40,703 bases of DNA from a virus (taxonomy: Duplodnaviria; Caudoviricetes), in the IMG/VR virus record IMGVR_UViG_3300024179_000006, positions 1 through 40,703 of that record; one strand, 5' to 3'. Positions 7,580 through 16,878 of the stretch are shown here, in pieces; the first letter of the stretch is position 1, and every line of letters begins with the position of its first letter. The translations under genes and the position numbers were made by a program. Under the pieces are notes generated by a model. That model worked only from the letters and a program-made list of their open reading frames with translations. It had not been told where the DNA came from and did no database searches.

Positions 7580-7923
7580 CGTACAGCAGCAAGGAGCTGC
7601 TCGCCCGAGGCGTTGCGGCGCCTGCTGTGCGGTTACGCAAGTGGCGCCGCGAGCGCGGCCTCACGCGGCAGTCGATGGCCACGATGCTGGGCGTCAGCAT
7701 CCGCACGCTGGACGAGTACGAGCTCGGCAAGCGCGCACCGACCGACGCGACCAAGGACAAGATCGCGGCGTTCATCGAGCGGTGGCAGAAGGTGCCTGCT
7801 GTGCGTGAGGCGCTGGAGAACGAAGTGCGACGCAGCAAGATGCGCTACCGCGCGGCTGCACTGGGGCGATGCAAGGCGAGAGGGTTCGAGGTGCCAGATG
7901 AGCAATCAGATGCAGCTGAGTGA
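7576..7923 (+). CDS. XRE HTH protein (possible late regulator)
   Basis: LRKWRRERGLTRQSMATMLGVSIRTLDEYELGKRAP. Confidence 0.8.
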   Translation: MTYSSKELLARGVAAPAVRLRKWRRERGLTRQSMATMLGVSIRTLDEYELGKRAPTDATKDKIAAFIERWQKVPAVREALENEVRRSKMRYRAAALGRCKARGFEVPDEQSDAAE

Positions 7924-8365
7924 AGGCGACTACCAGGAGTGGTACGCGGTCGCGGTCAAAGAGCTCGGCGTTCACGAACAGCCAGGCGCAGACAACAACA
8001 AGCGCGTGCAGGAGTACTTCGCCGCCACGTCGCTGGGGCCACACACGCCTGACTCAGTGCCCTGGTGCAGCGCCTTCGTGAACTGGTGCTTCAACCAGTG
8101 CGAGATAGTTGGCACCGATAGCGCTGCTGCGCGCTCCTGGCTCGCGTGGGGCGTTCCGCTGCTGCGCCCGCGTGTTGGGTGCGTGATCATCTTCTCGCGG
8201 CCCCTGGGCGGCCCAGCGAGCGGCCACGTGGGCTTTCTCGCACGCGTCCCAACAGCCACCGCAGCCAACGTCGACGTGCTGGGTGGCAACCAGGGCGATC
8301 GCGTGTGCGTCGCGCCGTACCCTACGTCGCGGATTCTTGGGTGGCGTTGGCCGGAGCCAAAGTGA
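7898..8365 (+). CDS. TIGR02594-family NlpC/P60-like peptidoglycan peptidase (endolysin candidate)
   Basis: PWCSAFVNW, SAAARSW, GHVGF, VLGGNQ motifs. Confidence 0.85.
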   Translation: MSNQMQLSEGDYQEWYAVAVKELGVHEQPGADNNKRVQEYFAATSLGPHTPDSVPWCSAFVNWCFNQCEIVGTDSAAARSWLAWGVPLLRPRVGCVIIFSRPLGGPASGHVGFLARVPTATAANVDVLGGNQGDRVCVAPYPTSRILGWRWPEPK

Positions 8366-8547
8366 TACGCGTCAGACGGAAGGTAGTGCAGTTGCATGAC
8401 CATTCGTCCAATCGTCGTCCTGACAGTGTCATGTGGCTATCTTCCCTACGTGTGTACGTGATAGGAAACAGGATAGGTGAGGCTGACAGCCAAGATGCTG
8501 TTGAGGCTCTTGCAGTCTCACGAGAGTTGTGCGCCAATGGTGGGCGC

Positions 8548-8862
8548 ATGCGGTCTGCCCCACCCCGAGCGCTGCCTGAATCCACCACAGAGCTGGACCC
8601 AGTGGCCTACGCCAAGTCCGTAGCCGGACGGGTCTTGATTACGCTCACGGACATCACGGAGAATGGTGGGGGTCGGGGGTCAGGCTCGCAGGTAGCTGCT
8701 GGACGCCTCCTCCTCGAGGTCGCGAGGCTGCTGGGCTCACAGCGTGAGGAGCCGACCAAGCTAGACGCTGTCAAGGAAGCGGCCAAGGTCATCTACCTGG
8801 TCGACGCTGACCGCGCGCAACAGCTGCTCGCGGAGCAGCGTGCCGCAGAGCGCAAGCCGTGA
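8548..8862 (+). CDS. Putative terminase small subunit
   Basis: Helical ~104 aa with QVAAGRLLLE oligomerisation-like motif, upstream of TerL; assignment is positional. Confidence 0.45.
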   Translation: MRSAPPRALPESTTELDPVAYAKSVAGRVLITLTDITENGGGRGSGSQVAAGRLLLEVARLLGSQREEPTKLDAVKEAAKVIYLVDADRAQQLLAEQRAAERKP

Positions 8863-9140
8863 GGCTGGCACTGACGTGTGCGATCGCGCTCACTGGCTGC
8901 GCGCAAACGCTTCCGGCACTATCGACTGGACTGGACGGCGCGCGAAACGTCATCGCGGTCAGCTGTCCAGCACGTACTCCACCATGCGAGACGTTCATGG
9001 CGCTGCACAACGCAGGCGTGAAGGCTTACAACGAGGCGCTGCTCGCTGACGCGGTGGGCGAGGACGCAGGGCCGATGGCCGAGCAAGGCATGGCAGCGCT
9101 CAAGCAGCTGTGGGCTGCGCTGATGCAGGTGAAGCCGTGA
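8859..9140 (+). CDS. Lipoprotein (spanin-like candidate)
   Basis: MRLALTCAIALTGC lipobox. Confidence 0.6.
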   Translation: MRLALTCAIALTGCAQTLPALSTGLDGARNVIAVSCPARTPPCETFMALHNAGVKAYNEALLADAVGEDAGPMAEQGMAALKQLWAALMQVKP

Positions 9141-9328
9141 AGCGCGACGCGGAGGACGAGTTCACTCGCCACAAGCGGATCGGGCTGCACCGCACGCGCG
9201 GTCTCGGGCTGATGCAGAAGCAGAAGTTCTTCGCTGACAAGACCGGTTCCACGAACGTGGTTGACGGCATGGATGACATGGTTGCCTGCGACGTGCACGA
9301 GCGGCTTGGCTTCGGAGACATCGAGTGA
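9137..9328 (+). CDS. Hypothetical protein
   Basis: GTGA coupling at both ends. Confidence 0.5.
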   Translation: MKRDAEDEFTRHKRIGLHRTRGLGLMQKQKFFADKTGSTNVVDGMDDMVACDVHERLGFGDIE

Positions 9329-9492
9329 CCGGCCCGCTCGACATCATCGCCAGCCTCGGCAACTGGCTGCTCAGTTGGCTTCCCAAGAAAGCAGCGACGC
9401 CTGCACCCAAGAAGCCGCTGACGCCTGCTGAGCTCGGGTGGACCACAGAGGCCACCAAGCCGAGCAAGCCGCCGCCGAGGGCTGCGTCGTGA
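9325..9492 (+). CDS. Small hypothetical protein, amphipathic N-terminus
   Basis: GTGA coupled; VTGPLDIIASLGNWLLSWLPKK... Confidence 0.4.
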   Translation: MTGPLDIIASLGNWLLSWLPKKAATPAPKKPLTPAELGWTTEATKPSKPPPRAAS

Positions 9493-9641
9493 GCTGCATC
9501 CGCTGCTGGATGCCAGGCACGCTCGCGTGCAGCACGTGCCGCGCAGGCTTCGTGCTGCGTGTGCGCGAGCTATGGCGCTGGGCGACTCCGCGCCTGCGCT
9601 TGCCACGCCCAGACCCCAACTCACCGTGGAACCGACCATGA
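9489..9641 (+). CDS. Small CxxC-CxxC protein
   Basis: SCIRC...ACSTC; coupled on both sides. Confidence 0.4.
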   Translation: MSCIRCWMPGTLACSTCRAGFVLRVRELWRWATPRLRLPRPDPNSPWNRP

Positions 9642-10060
9642 AGCACAAGGTCACCCTGCCATGGAACGCTGCTGCGTGGCGCCAGTCGACGTACGAGCCG
9701 CGCGTGCGCAAGGTGCATGGGCCTGTCGGCGAGAAGTGGCTGATTGCCGACAGCTTCGGCGGCTACTGCGACCGCACGCACCCGTGCTGCGGCCACCACG
9801 TGTGCAGCTGCGAGTCAGTCGAGTATTGGCGATCGAGCTGCGGTGGCGACCCGGTGCGCTGCAAGCCCGAGCCGCGCGAGTACAAAACGCCGCTCACAAA
9901 GGCCGCGCACGCAGCCATGCTCTCGCGGAGAGGGATGACTCAGGCCGAGTGGAGCGTGTTCGTGCACGCCGCGGCCGACGACGTCCATAGGGGCCTGCCA
10001 AAGAACTGGACTCTCGAAGAGTTCCGAGTCGCGTTCCACGCGAGGATTTACGCGGAGTGA
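9638..10060 (+). CDS. Hypothetical Cys/His-rich protein
   Basis: ATGA start, GTGA overlap with terL. Confidence 0.55.
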   Translation: MKHKVTLPWNAAAWRQSTYEPRVRKVHGPVGEKWLIADSFGGYCDRTHPCCGHHVCSCESVEYWRSSCGGDPVRCKPEPREYKTPLTKAAHAAMLSRRGMTQAEWSVFVHAAADDVHRGLPKNWTLEEFRVAFHARIYAE

Positions 10061-11754
10061 CAGCCGCCTACGCCACGCTCGACGCTGACCAGCTCAGCCG
10101 CCAACAGCTGCAGGACGAGTGCTGGCGTCAGGGCAAGCTCAGCTGGAAGCTCGACCCGCATCAGAAGCGCGTCTACGACCGCATCAAGGCGTGGGAGGAG
10201 AACCCGCCCGACAGCGTTGAGGTGGATGCGCTGTACGACTCTGTGTATGTGGTCGACATCGGGCGCCGCTGGGGCAAGACAGCGATGTGCCTCATCATCC
10301 TGTACGAGTGGGCCATCAGGCGCCCAGGCTCGGTGCTCACGTACGCCACGGCCGAGAAGCAGCAGATCAAGAGCATCGTCATCCCGCTGCATCGGCGCCT
10401 GTCGTGGGGCGCACCCGAGGACACGTGCCCTGTGTACAAGGGCAGCAGCGAAGGCATGGAGCAGGGCCTATACCTGCCCAACGGCAGCATCATCAAGCTC
10501 GTGGGCGTCGACAAAGACCCCGACCGCCTGCGTGGTCAGGGCAGCGATGGCGGCGTGTTCTCCGAGGCCGCGCACATGAAGGAGCTCGAGGAGAGCGTGT
10601 CCGGCATCTTTCTGCCGCAGTTCCAGCGCCGTCCGTGGGCACGGCTGATTCTAGAGTCGACCGCGCCGGTCGACCTCGACCACGACTTCGACCAGGTGTT
10701 CATCCCGGACGCGATGCTGCGCGACGCGTACAGCTTCGGCACGATCGACGACAACGAGGCCATCACAGCCGAGGAAAAAGCCAAGGCACTGCGCGAAGCG
10801 GGGGGTATAAACTCCGCGAGGTGTCAGCGTGAGTACTATGGCAAACGTGTCAGAGACCCTGTGCGCGTCGTGGTTCCAGAGTGGGACAAGTCCAAGCACG
10901 TTCAGGACTGGCCGACCCCTCGACACGCGCACTGCTACGTCGCGGCCGACCCCGGACATCGTGACCTATTCGGTGTGCTGTGGGGATACTGGGATTTTGG
11001 ACGCGCTGCACTTTATATCCAGCGGGATTGGGCTGCTCCCAACGCGCTCACGCGAGACGTTGCGTATGCCATCCGCGCCGGAGAGCAGGAGCTCTGGGGT
11101 ACGCCTGACCCCGCTGGCACGCCTCGCGATCGCTTCGCTCTGCGAGAGGCTCGCAAGCCGGCTGTGGGTCCCGATGTCGAGCTGATCGACCGCTGGCACC
11201 CGCAGACAGGCGCCCCGCCCGGTACGCTCACTTGGTACGACGGGCGGTTCCTGCGCGCCAACCCGTACGAGCGTGTCAGCGACATCGATTTGCGGCTGTG
11301 CGCGGACTTGAACGCCGACTACCGCCTCAACTTCCAGAGCGTGCGCAAGCTCCACTCGCTCGAGGCGATGCTGTCGGCACTGCGCGACGCCATCGTCAAC
11401 GGCCGCATCATCGTGCACCCGAGCTGCGTGCGGCTGATAGCGCACCTCGACAACGCGCGTTGGAACGAGCAGCGCACAGACTTCGACCGCACGCCGCAGT
11501 ACGGCCACTACGACCTCGTAGCAGCGCTCATGTACATGTGGCTCAAGGTGTCTGCCAACAGGCACATGAATCCGAACGCGCCTGAGATTCCACAGGGGCA
11601 GCTGCACGTCGAGGTCATGGCGACCCTGCCCTGGCAACGCCAAGAGGCACAGAACGGCAGCGAGGCTGCAATGCGCGCGCTGCTGGGTATCGATGCGCAG
11701 GGCCGGCAAGCACAGCGGCCAGGCGTCATGAAGATTGGGAGAGGCGGACGATGA
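10057..11754 (+). CDS. terL: Terminase large subunit
   Basis: Walker A IGRRWGKT, DRLRG, Walker B-like GVFSEAA, motif III EST, nuclease AADPG and HYDLVAALMY. Confidence 0.88.
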   Translation: MTAAYATLDADQLSRQQLQDECWRQGKLSWKLDPHQKRVYDRIKAWEENPPDSVEVDALYDSVYVVDIGRRWGKTAMCLIILYEWAIRRPGSVLTYATAEKQQIKSIVIPLHRRLSWGAPEDTCPVYKGSSEGMEQGLYLPNGSIIKLVGVDKDPDRLRGQGSDGGVFSEAAHMKELEESVSGIFLPQFQRRPWARLILESTAPVDLDHDFDQVFIPDAMLRDAYSFGTIDDNEAITAEEKAKALREAGGINSARCQREYYGKRVRDPVRVVVPEWDKSKHVQDWPTPRHAHCYVAADPGHRDLFGVLWGYWDFGRAALYIQRDWAAPNALTRDVAYAIRAGEQELWGTPDPAGTPRDRFALREARKPAVGPDVELIDRWHPQTGAPPGTLTWYDGRFLRANPYERVSDIDLRLCADLNADYRLNFQSVRKLHSLEAMLSALRDAIVNGRIIVHPSCVRLIAHLDNARWNEQRTDFDRTPQYGHYDLVAALMYMWLKVSANRHMNPNAPEIPQGQLHVEVMATLPWQRQEAQNGSEAAMRALLGIDAQGRQAQRPGVMKIGRGGR

Positions 11755-12065
11755 TCGACGAGGACGAGTTCGAAGCGGGCGCGCTCCAGCAGTTCCTGCG
11801 TGCGTGGCGGAACTGGCGCAAAGACAACCCCGACGCGGAAGTGGTCTACGTATACGTGGGCCATCCCGACATGGCAGCGGCCATCGTGCGCCAGTCGCCG
11901 CTGTGGCAGCGGTTCGCGGAGTGGGAGAAGCGTGGCGGTCCCAACGACTTCAGCCAACTCGGTGGCAAGTACCACTCGACTATGAAGTTTGTTCCGCCGT
12001 GTGACTGCGCGGCGTGCACAGCCTCGCGTGCGACGCGCGAAGAATCGAAGGCGTACGATGCGTAA
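11751..12065 (+). CDS. Hypothetical protein
   Basis: GAGG RBS, ATGA overlap with terL. Confidence 0.6.
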   Translation: MIDEDEFEAGALQQFLRAWRNWRKDNPDAEVVYVYVGHPDMAAAIVRQSPLWQRFAEWEKRGGPNDFSQLGGKYHSTMKFVPPCDCAACTASRATREESKAYDA

Positions 12066-12276
12066 GCAAAACCTGACTCTGCGAAAACGGCTGGCGTGGC
12101 AGCTGACCCTGATGTGGCACGACGTCAGGCAGGTCTGGAGCGGCCGCTTCGTGTGTCCACGCAAGGGCCACGCTCCCGGCGTGCACGTCGAGAACGCGAT
12201 GGAGTCGTATGATGTCTGTGGGCGTTGCGGTCACGAGACCGAGGCGCCTCGCAGCAGCACGAGTATGTATGCCTGA
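12058..12276 (+). CDS. Small zinc-binding protein
   Basis: C-x3-GH...CGRCGH. Confidence 0.5.
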   Translation: MRKQNLTLRKRLAWQLTLMWHDVRQVWSGRFVCPRKGHAPGVHVENAMESYDVCGRCGHETEAPRSSTSMYA

Positions 12277-12826
12277 GCTATGCATCTCGATCGCGCTGGT
12301 CGCCATTGGCGGCATGCTGTGGGACGCCGCACGCAGGTACATGCAGCTCGCGCATGGACGCATGCTCAGCGCTGACAGGTCGCAGACGTTCGAGCGCGCC
12401 ATCACGCAGCTCGAGATGCGCCTCAGGGCGCTCGACAGCCAGCAGACCTCCGGCATCGACCAAGTCATTTCCGCTTGCGGTGAGAAGGTGCGCGCGCTGG
12501 AGGCAAAGCTCGACCAGCACGGCAACATAGCCGCCGGCCAGCAGGCACGTCTTGGCGCTGCCGAGGCTGAGCTCGCTGACATCAAGCGCAGCTTCGGCGT
12601 TGCGTATGGCGCGCAGGATGCTGTCGTCAACCGACTACGTGAATCGGTAACAGACTGGCAAGCCAAGGCCGAAGCCACCTTCGAGAAGCAGCAGGCAGAA
12701 ATCGCCCGCTACGACGGCGCGCTCGTGAACCTCACCGAAGAGGTCGTGAAGCTGCAGCAGCAACAGGTCATGGCGCTTCAGGGCGTCGTCAACCTTCCCA
12801 AGCACGGATACAAGAGGACAACATGA
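12269..12826 (+). CDS. Membrane-anchored coiled-coil protein
   Basis: N-terminal TM (LCISIALVAIGGMLW) then long heptad region. Confidence 0.65.
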   Translation: MPELCISIALVAIGGMLWDAARRYMQLAHGRMLSADRSQTFERAITQLEMRLRALDSQQTSGIDQVISACGEKVRALEAKLDQHGNIAAGQQARLGAAEAELADIKRSFGVAYGAQDAVVNRLRESVTDWQAKAEATFEKQQAEIARYDGALVNLTEEVVKLQQQQVMALQGVVNLPKHGYKRTT

Positions 12827-13125
12827 AAGCTCGACTACGCACACCAGAAACGATCGTGGAGTACGGCCAGTGGTTCGTCGAAAGCGACACCGACACTGAC
12901 CCCGTCAGCCTCGAGAAAGAGCCGCACACCGGCAGCGATGGCAAGCCCATCTACTTCGGCCTGCTGCACACGCACAACTCGCAACAGCGCGTCAACGACG
13001 GCGACTACGTCATCAAGTTCGAGAACGGCGAACTGATGGCGCTGAACCCGGCAGACTTCGCGGCCAAGTACGAGCCGATCGATGCGCCCGTCGAGACGCG
13101 CAAGCTCAAGGCGAAGTCCGAATGA
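12823..13125 (+). CDS. Conserved phage hypothetical protein
   Basis: GDYVIK...P.DFAAKYE motif common in phage proteins; GAGGA RBS. Confidence 0.7.
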   Translation: MKARLRTPETIVEYGQWFVESDTDTDPVSLEKEPHTGSDGKPIYFGLLHTHNSQQRVNDGDYVIKFENGELMALNPADFAAKYEPIDAPVETRKLKAKSE

Positions 13126-13895
13126 GCCGTCTAGCAGCACGCGTGCCGGCGCCGCTTCCGCCGTCCGAGGCTGAGGCGGCGCTTGCGGCAGGCGATGAGG
13201 AAGCCTTCGAGCGCGCCATGGCGCAGGCAGAAGCCAACCCGCAGGCGGTCGACGACGACGTCGTCTACGCGACGCCCGCCGAGCCCACCCTCGAAGAGCT
13301 CGAGGCGCAGGTCGAGGAGCTCAAGAAGCAGGAGCGCCGACGCGAGCTCATGGCGGAGATTCAGCGCCGCTCGAGCAGCATCAAGGAAGTGGCATCGCGT
13401 CAGCCCATCCCGGTGAGCGACCCGGTGCGCGACGCGCCGAGCACGTGGATTCTGATGCCGTACGTCGAAGAAGAGGCGAAGGTGTCGGAGGCATGGATCG
13501 ACGCGCACACGCCCAGCAAGCGTAAGCAGCGCGCGATGGAGAACGTGCTCCCGCTGTCGCAGCTGCGCATCGAGGACAGCGTGATGTGCCTCGTGCGCTG
13601 CAAAGACATGCGCGCGGTGAAGCCGCTGATGTCGGTGACCACCACGACGCAGGGCGAGAAAATCTCGACGATGCGCCCCGAAGAAGAACTGATGGCAGAG
13701 CTCACGCTCACGCCAGCAATCCACATCCGTGACCACTGGGTCGAGGGTGCTGGCTTCGGTCGGTACTCGGGAAAGCTCAACCGCGCGACGTTCATGGAGG
13801 AGCTGGGCAAGCGGTGCGTGCCGCTGATGCCGCGCTACCTCGATGTGACGCGCAAAGAAGGCGAGCCTGACCTGCTCGTGCTGCGGAGCCTGTGA
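13122..13895 (+). CDS. Hypothetical protein
   Basis: ATGA coupled, coding-like codon usage. Confidence 0.7.
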   Translation: MSRLAARVPAPLPPSEAEAALAAGDEEAFERAMAQAEANPQAVDDDVVYATPAEPTLEELEAQVEELKKQERRRELMAEIQRRSSSIKEVASRQPIPVSDPVRDAPSTWILMPYVEEEAKVSEAWIDAHTPSKRKQRAMENVLPLSQLRIEDSVMCLVRCKDMRAVKPLMSVTTTTQGEKISTMRPEEELMAELTLTPAIHIRDHWVEGAGFGRYSGKLNRATFMEELGKRCVPLMPRYLDVTRKEGEPDLLVLRSL

Positions 13896-14093
13896 ATGGC
13901 GCACACCAAGGAGAAGTGCGGATGCGAGTACGCCGGCAGCCCCGGCGACATCGGCGTCTGCTTCGCGCTTGGTCCGCCAGCGAGTGACTTCCCGAAAGGC
14001 TGGACCATCCTAGCAGGTTCGTATGGCTGGTTGTTCAAGCCGTGCGCGAAGCACGTGCACAGGCACGACGAAGAGAAACACGAGGCACGATGA
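13896..14093 (+). CDS. Small hypothetical protein
   Basis: Fills gap; stop overlaps portal ATG. Confidence 0.5.
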   Translation: MAHTKEKCGCEYAGSPGDIGVCFALGPPASDFPKGWTILAGSYGWLFKPCAKHVHRHDEEKHEAR

Positions 14094-16498
14094 ACGACGG
14101 CATGATCGACGGCCAGCCCGAGCTTGGACAAGACGGCGAGGACCCGCGCGACCTGATTCCGCAGGAGCCCGACGAATCGCAAATCTTCTGGGCTGCACGC
14201 AAAGGCAAGACGTTTGCCTCTGCCGTGATGGACAAGCAGCGCGCGTACTTCGGGACGGCGCGCAAGTCCGGGTTGCTCGGCCAGTGGATCATTGCCTACG
14301 CGGCGCTGCACGGGCTCGACCCGGACAGCATGTCGACGATGCAGACGCAGTCGCTCGGCTTCGACGGCGATGAGATGGAGTTCCTGCGCCTGTGCATCAA
14401 CATCTACCGCCCGTACGTGCAGCGGCAGGTGAACGCGGTGACGTCACAGGAGCCGACGCTGAAGTGCCGCGCTGAGAACACCGACAGCAAGTCGCAGCTG
14501 GCTGCCAAAATCGGCGACAAGATCGTCCAGAGCGTCTACCGGCGCGCGATGAAGGGCGGCAAGCGCCGCGAACTCGCGATCGCAGCATCTTTCGCCGGCA
14601 TGGGCTTCGCGCACCTGCGCTGGGACCCGCAGGGCGGCGACATGGTCACGGTGAAGCAGCCTATCCCCGGACCCAACGGCCAGCCGCTGGTCGACCCGCA
14701 GAGCGGTCAGCCTGCGACGCGAGACGTGCGCAAGAAGTCGGGCGCGCCGAAGGCGTACGTCGGCTACCCGTGGACGCTGTTCCAAGAGCCCGACGAGATG
14801 AACTGCGACTCATGGCGCTGCGTGCGCGTGGTCGACAACAAGTGGAACCTCGTCAACACGTACTGCCCGCCACCGCAAGCTGACCCAGCGACCGGGCAGA
14901 TGGCGCAGGAAGACCCGGAGAAGGTGGCGCTGCGTCAGCGCATCCTCGCGAGCAAGTCGGACGACGAGTTCGACTTCGCGAACCTGTTCGGCTTCGAGGG
15001 CATGGGGCCGATCAACGAGGACGTCACCACCGTCTTCCACTTCTACTACCCGCGCTCAGTGGCGATGCCGACCGGACGCTACGCCATCATCCTCGGCGAC
15101 GACATCCTCGACGACACCGACTGCCCACGCCCTGAGGGCACGCCTGTCATCGAGCTCAACCCTGCCAAGTGGATTCAGAAGACGTTCGGCTACGCGTCCA
15201 CGTGGGATGTGCTGGCGATTCAGCAGGCGCTCAACCAAATCGTGAGCGACCAGCTGTCGAACCTCGCGACGTTCGGGCGGCAGTCCGTAGCCATGGAGAA
15301 GGGCACGGAAATCACCGTCGACGCGCTAGCCACTGGGCAGAAGGGCTTCTTCTACCCGCAGGGCGGCAAGCCTCCAACCGCGGTGCTGATGAACGACATC
15401 GGCAACGGGCCGACCATCTTGCAGGAGTACCTGCACAAGATGGCTGACTTCGTGCTGGGCGAGAATCCAGGCGCGCGCGGCGACCCGGACTCGAACGTCA
15501 AGAGCGGCACCTTCAACGCGCTCTTGCACACGATCGCAGCCGAGTTCAAGCAAGACTTACAGCAGGGCCAAGACCGATCTGACGAGGACATTGCGAACTG
15601 CGGCCTCGACATGGTGCGCCTCTACGGCGACACGCAGTTCATCGTCGAGAGCGTCGGCATCGACGATCGCACGTACGTCGACGAGTACACGAAGGAAGAC
15701 ATCGCAGGGTTTCGCGATGCCGTTGTCGAGGAAGTGCCGGCGAACATGCGTTCGTACGCTGGCTGGCTCGACATGTTCACGATGCTGAAGGACTTCGCGC
15801 CCGAGGACCGCGCAGCGGCCTACCAGTTCCTTTCGACTGGGCGCAGCGAAGCCTTCGTGAAGCGCGACAACAACTCGGCGCTCTACATCCAGCGCGAAAA
15901 CGAGATGCTCATCCTCGGCAAGAGCATCCCGGTCATCGGCCCCGATGGTCAGCAGGTGCCTGTGACGGATGCGAACGGGCAGCCCAAGGTCGACCCGATG
16001 ACCGGGCAAATGACGCCGCAGATGCTGCCGATGGTGCGCGAGTACGACAACCCGAAGAAGCACATACCGGAGCACGAGGCGACGCGTGCAGCGCTGCTCG
16101 CCGCCGACAACCCCGACATGGCCGCCGTGGCGCGCGTCGAGGCGCACATCACAGAGCACTGCGTGAAGTACGGCTACATGCATCCGTTTGCGTGCGCGTT
16201 CCTCGGCATCGAGCCGCCGCCGCCGCAGCCGGGAACGGCAGCGTTCCAGCTCGCGTGCGCGATGGCGCAGGGACAGTTCCTCATCTCGCAGGCTGGCATG
16301 GGCGCGCAGCCTGGGCAGCTGGCGCCAGTGCAGCAGCCGCAGCCAGGGCAGGCCGGCAGCATGCGACCCGGGTCCGGCAAAGCGGCCAACGGCAACGCGG
16401 ACGCGAAGCCGACGAACAATGGCGCTGACGCTGCGAGCGGCGTACCGCTGCCGGCGCCGGCGCAGCCACCGCCCACCACGCAACAGCAGCAGGCATAG
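14090..16498 (+). CDS. Portal protein (P22-like)
   Basis: ~800 aa, between terminase and scaffold; INIYRPYV..., IQQALNQIVS, GARGD...SG motifs; Q/P-rich C-terminal tail. Confidence 0.8.
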   Translation: MNDGMIDGQPELGQDGEDPRDLIPQEPDESQIFWAARKGKTFASAVMDKQRAYFGTARKSGLLGQWIIAYAALHGLDPDSMSTMQTQSLGFDGDEMEFLRLCINIYRPYVQRQVNAVTSQEPTLKCRAENTDSKSQLAAKIGDKIVQSVYRRAMKGGKRRELAIAASFAGMGFAHLRWDPQGGDMVTVKQPIPGPNGQPLVDPQSGQPATRDVRKKSGAPKAYVGYPWTLFQEPDEMNCDSWRCVRVVDNKWNLVNTYCPPPQADPATGQMAQEDPEKVALRQRILASKSDDEFDFANLFGFEGMGPINEDVTTVFHFYYPRSVAMPTGRYAIILGDDILDDTDCPRPEGTPVIELNPAKWIQKTFGYASTWDVLAIQQALNQIVSDQLSNLATFGRQSVAMEKGTEITVDALATGQKGFFYPQGGKPPTAVLMNDIGNGPTILQEYLHKMADFVLGENPGARGDPDSNVKSGTFNALLHTIAAEFKQDLQQGQDRSDEDIANCGLDMVRLYGDTQFIVESVGIDDRTYVDEYTKEDIAGFRDAVVEEVPANMRSYAGWLDMFTMLKDFAPEDRAAAYQFLSTGRSEAFVKRDNNSALYIQRENEMLILGKSIPVIGPDGQQVPVTDANGQPKVDPMTGQMTPQMLPMVREYDNPKKHIPEHEATRAALLAADNPDMAAVARVEAHITEHCVKYGYMHPFACAFLGIEPPPPQPGTAAFQLACAMAQGQFLISQAGMGAQPGQLAPVQQPQPGQAGSMRPGSGKAANGNADAKPTNNGADAASGVPLPAPAQPPPTTQQQQA

Positions 16499-16506
16499 GA
16501 GAACAC

Positions 16507-16878
16507 ATGGGACACGAAACCGTCTGGGAAATCTTCGAGCGGATGCAGGGAGAAATCGCGCGTGAGATACGCGTGTTGCTCGGCGAGGAGGCCTACGACC
16601 AGCGCATCTTCACGGCCGCTGAACGCGAGCGGCGCGTGCAAGCCATGCAGAAGTGCGCGGCCGAGCAGACCACCGATGCCGAACGCCATGACGCATGGAT
16701 AGCGATGCACGTCGAGCAGGGATGGGTTTACGGCGACGAGTTCAACCCGTCGAAAAAGACGCACCCAAACCTGAAGCCGTGGGGAGAGCTACCCGCTTCA
16801 ACGCGCAGCAAGGCTCGCATCTTCGACATCTGCTCGAAGTACGCTGCCGAAATCTCGGATCGGGGAACCAATGGCTGA
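16507..16878 (+). CDS. RyR-domain protein
   Basis: HDAW...GWVYG...KKTHPNLKPWGELP is the RyR repeat (PF02026) signature. Confidence 0.8.
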   Translation: MGHETVWEIFERMQGEIAREIRVLLGEEAYDQRIFTAAERERRVQAMQKCAAEQTTDAERHDAWIAMHVEQGWVYGDEFNPSKKTHPNLKPWGELPASTRSKARIFDICSKYAAEISDRGTNG

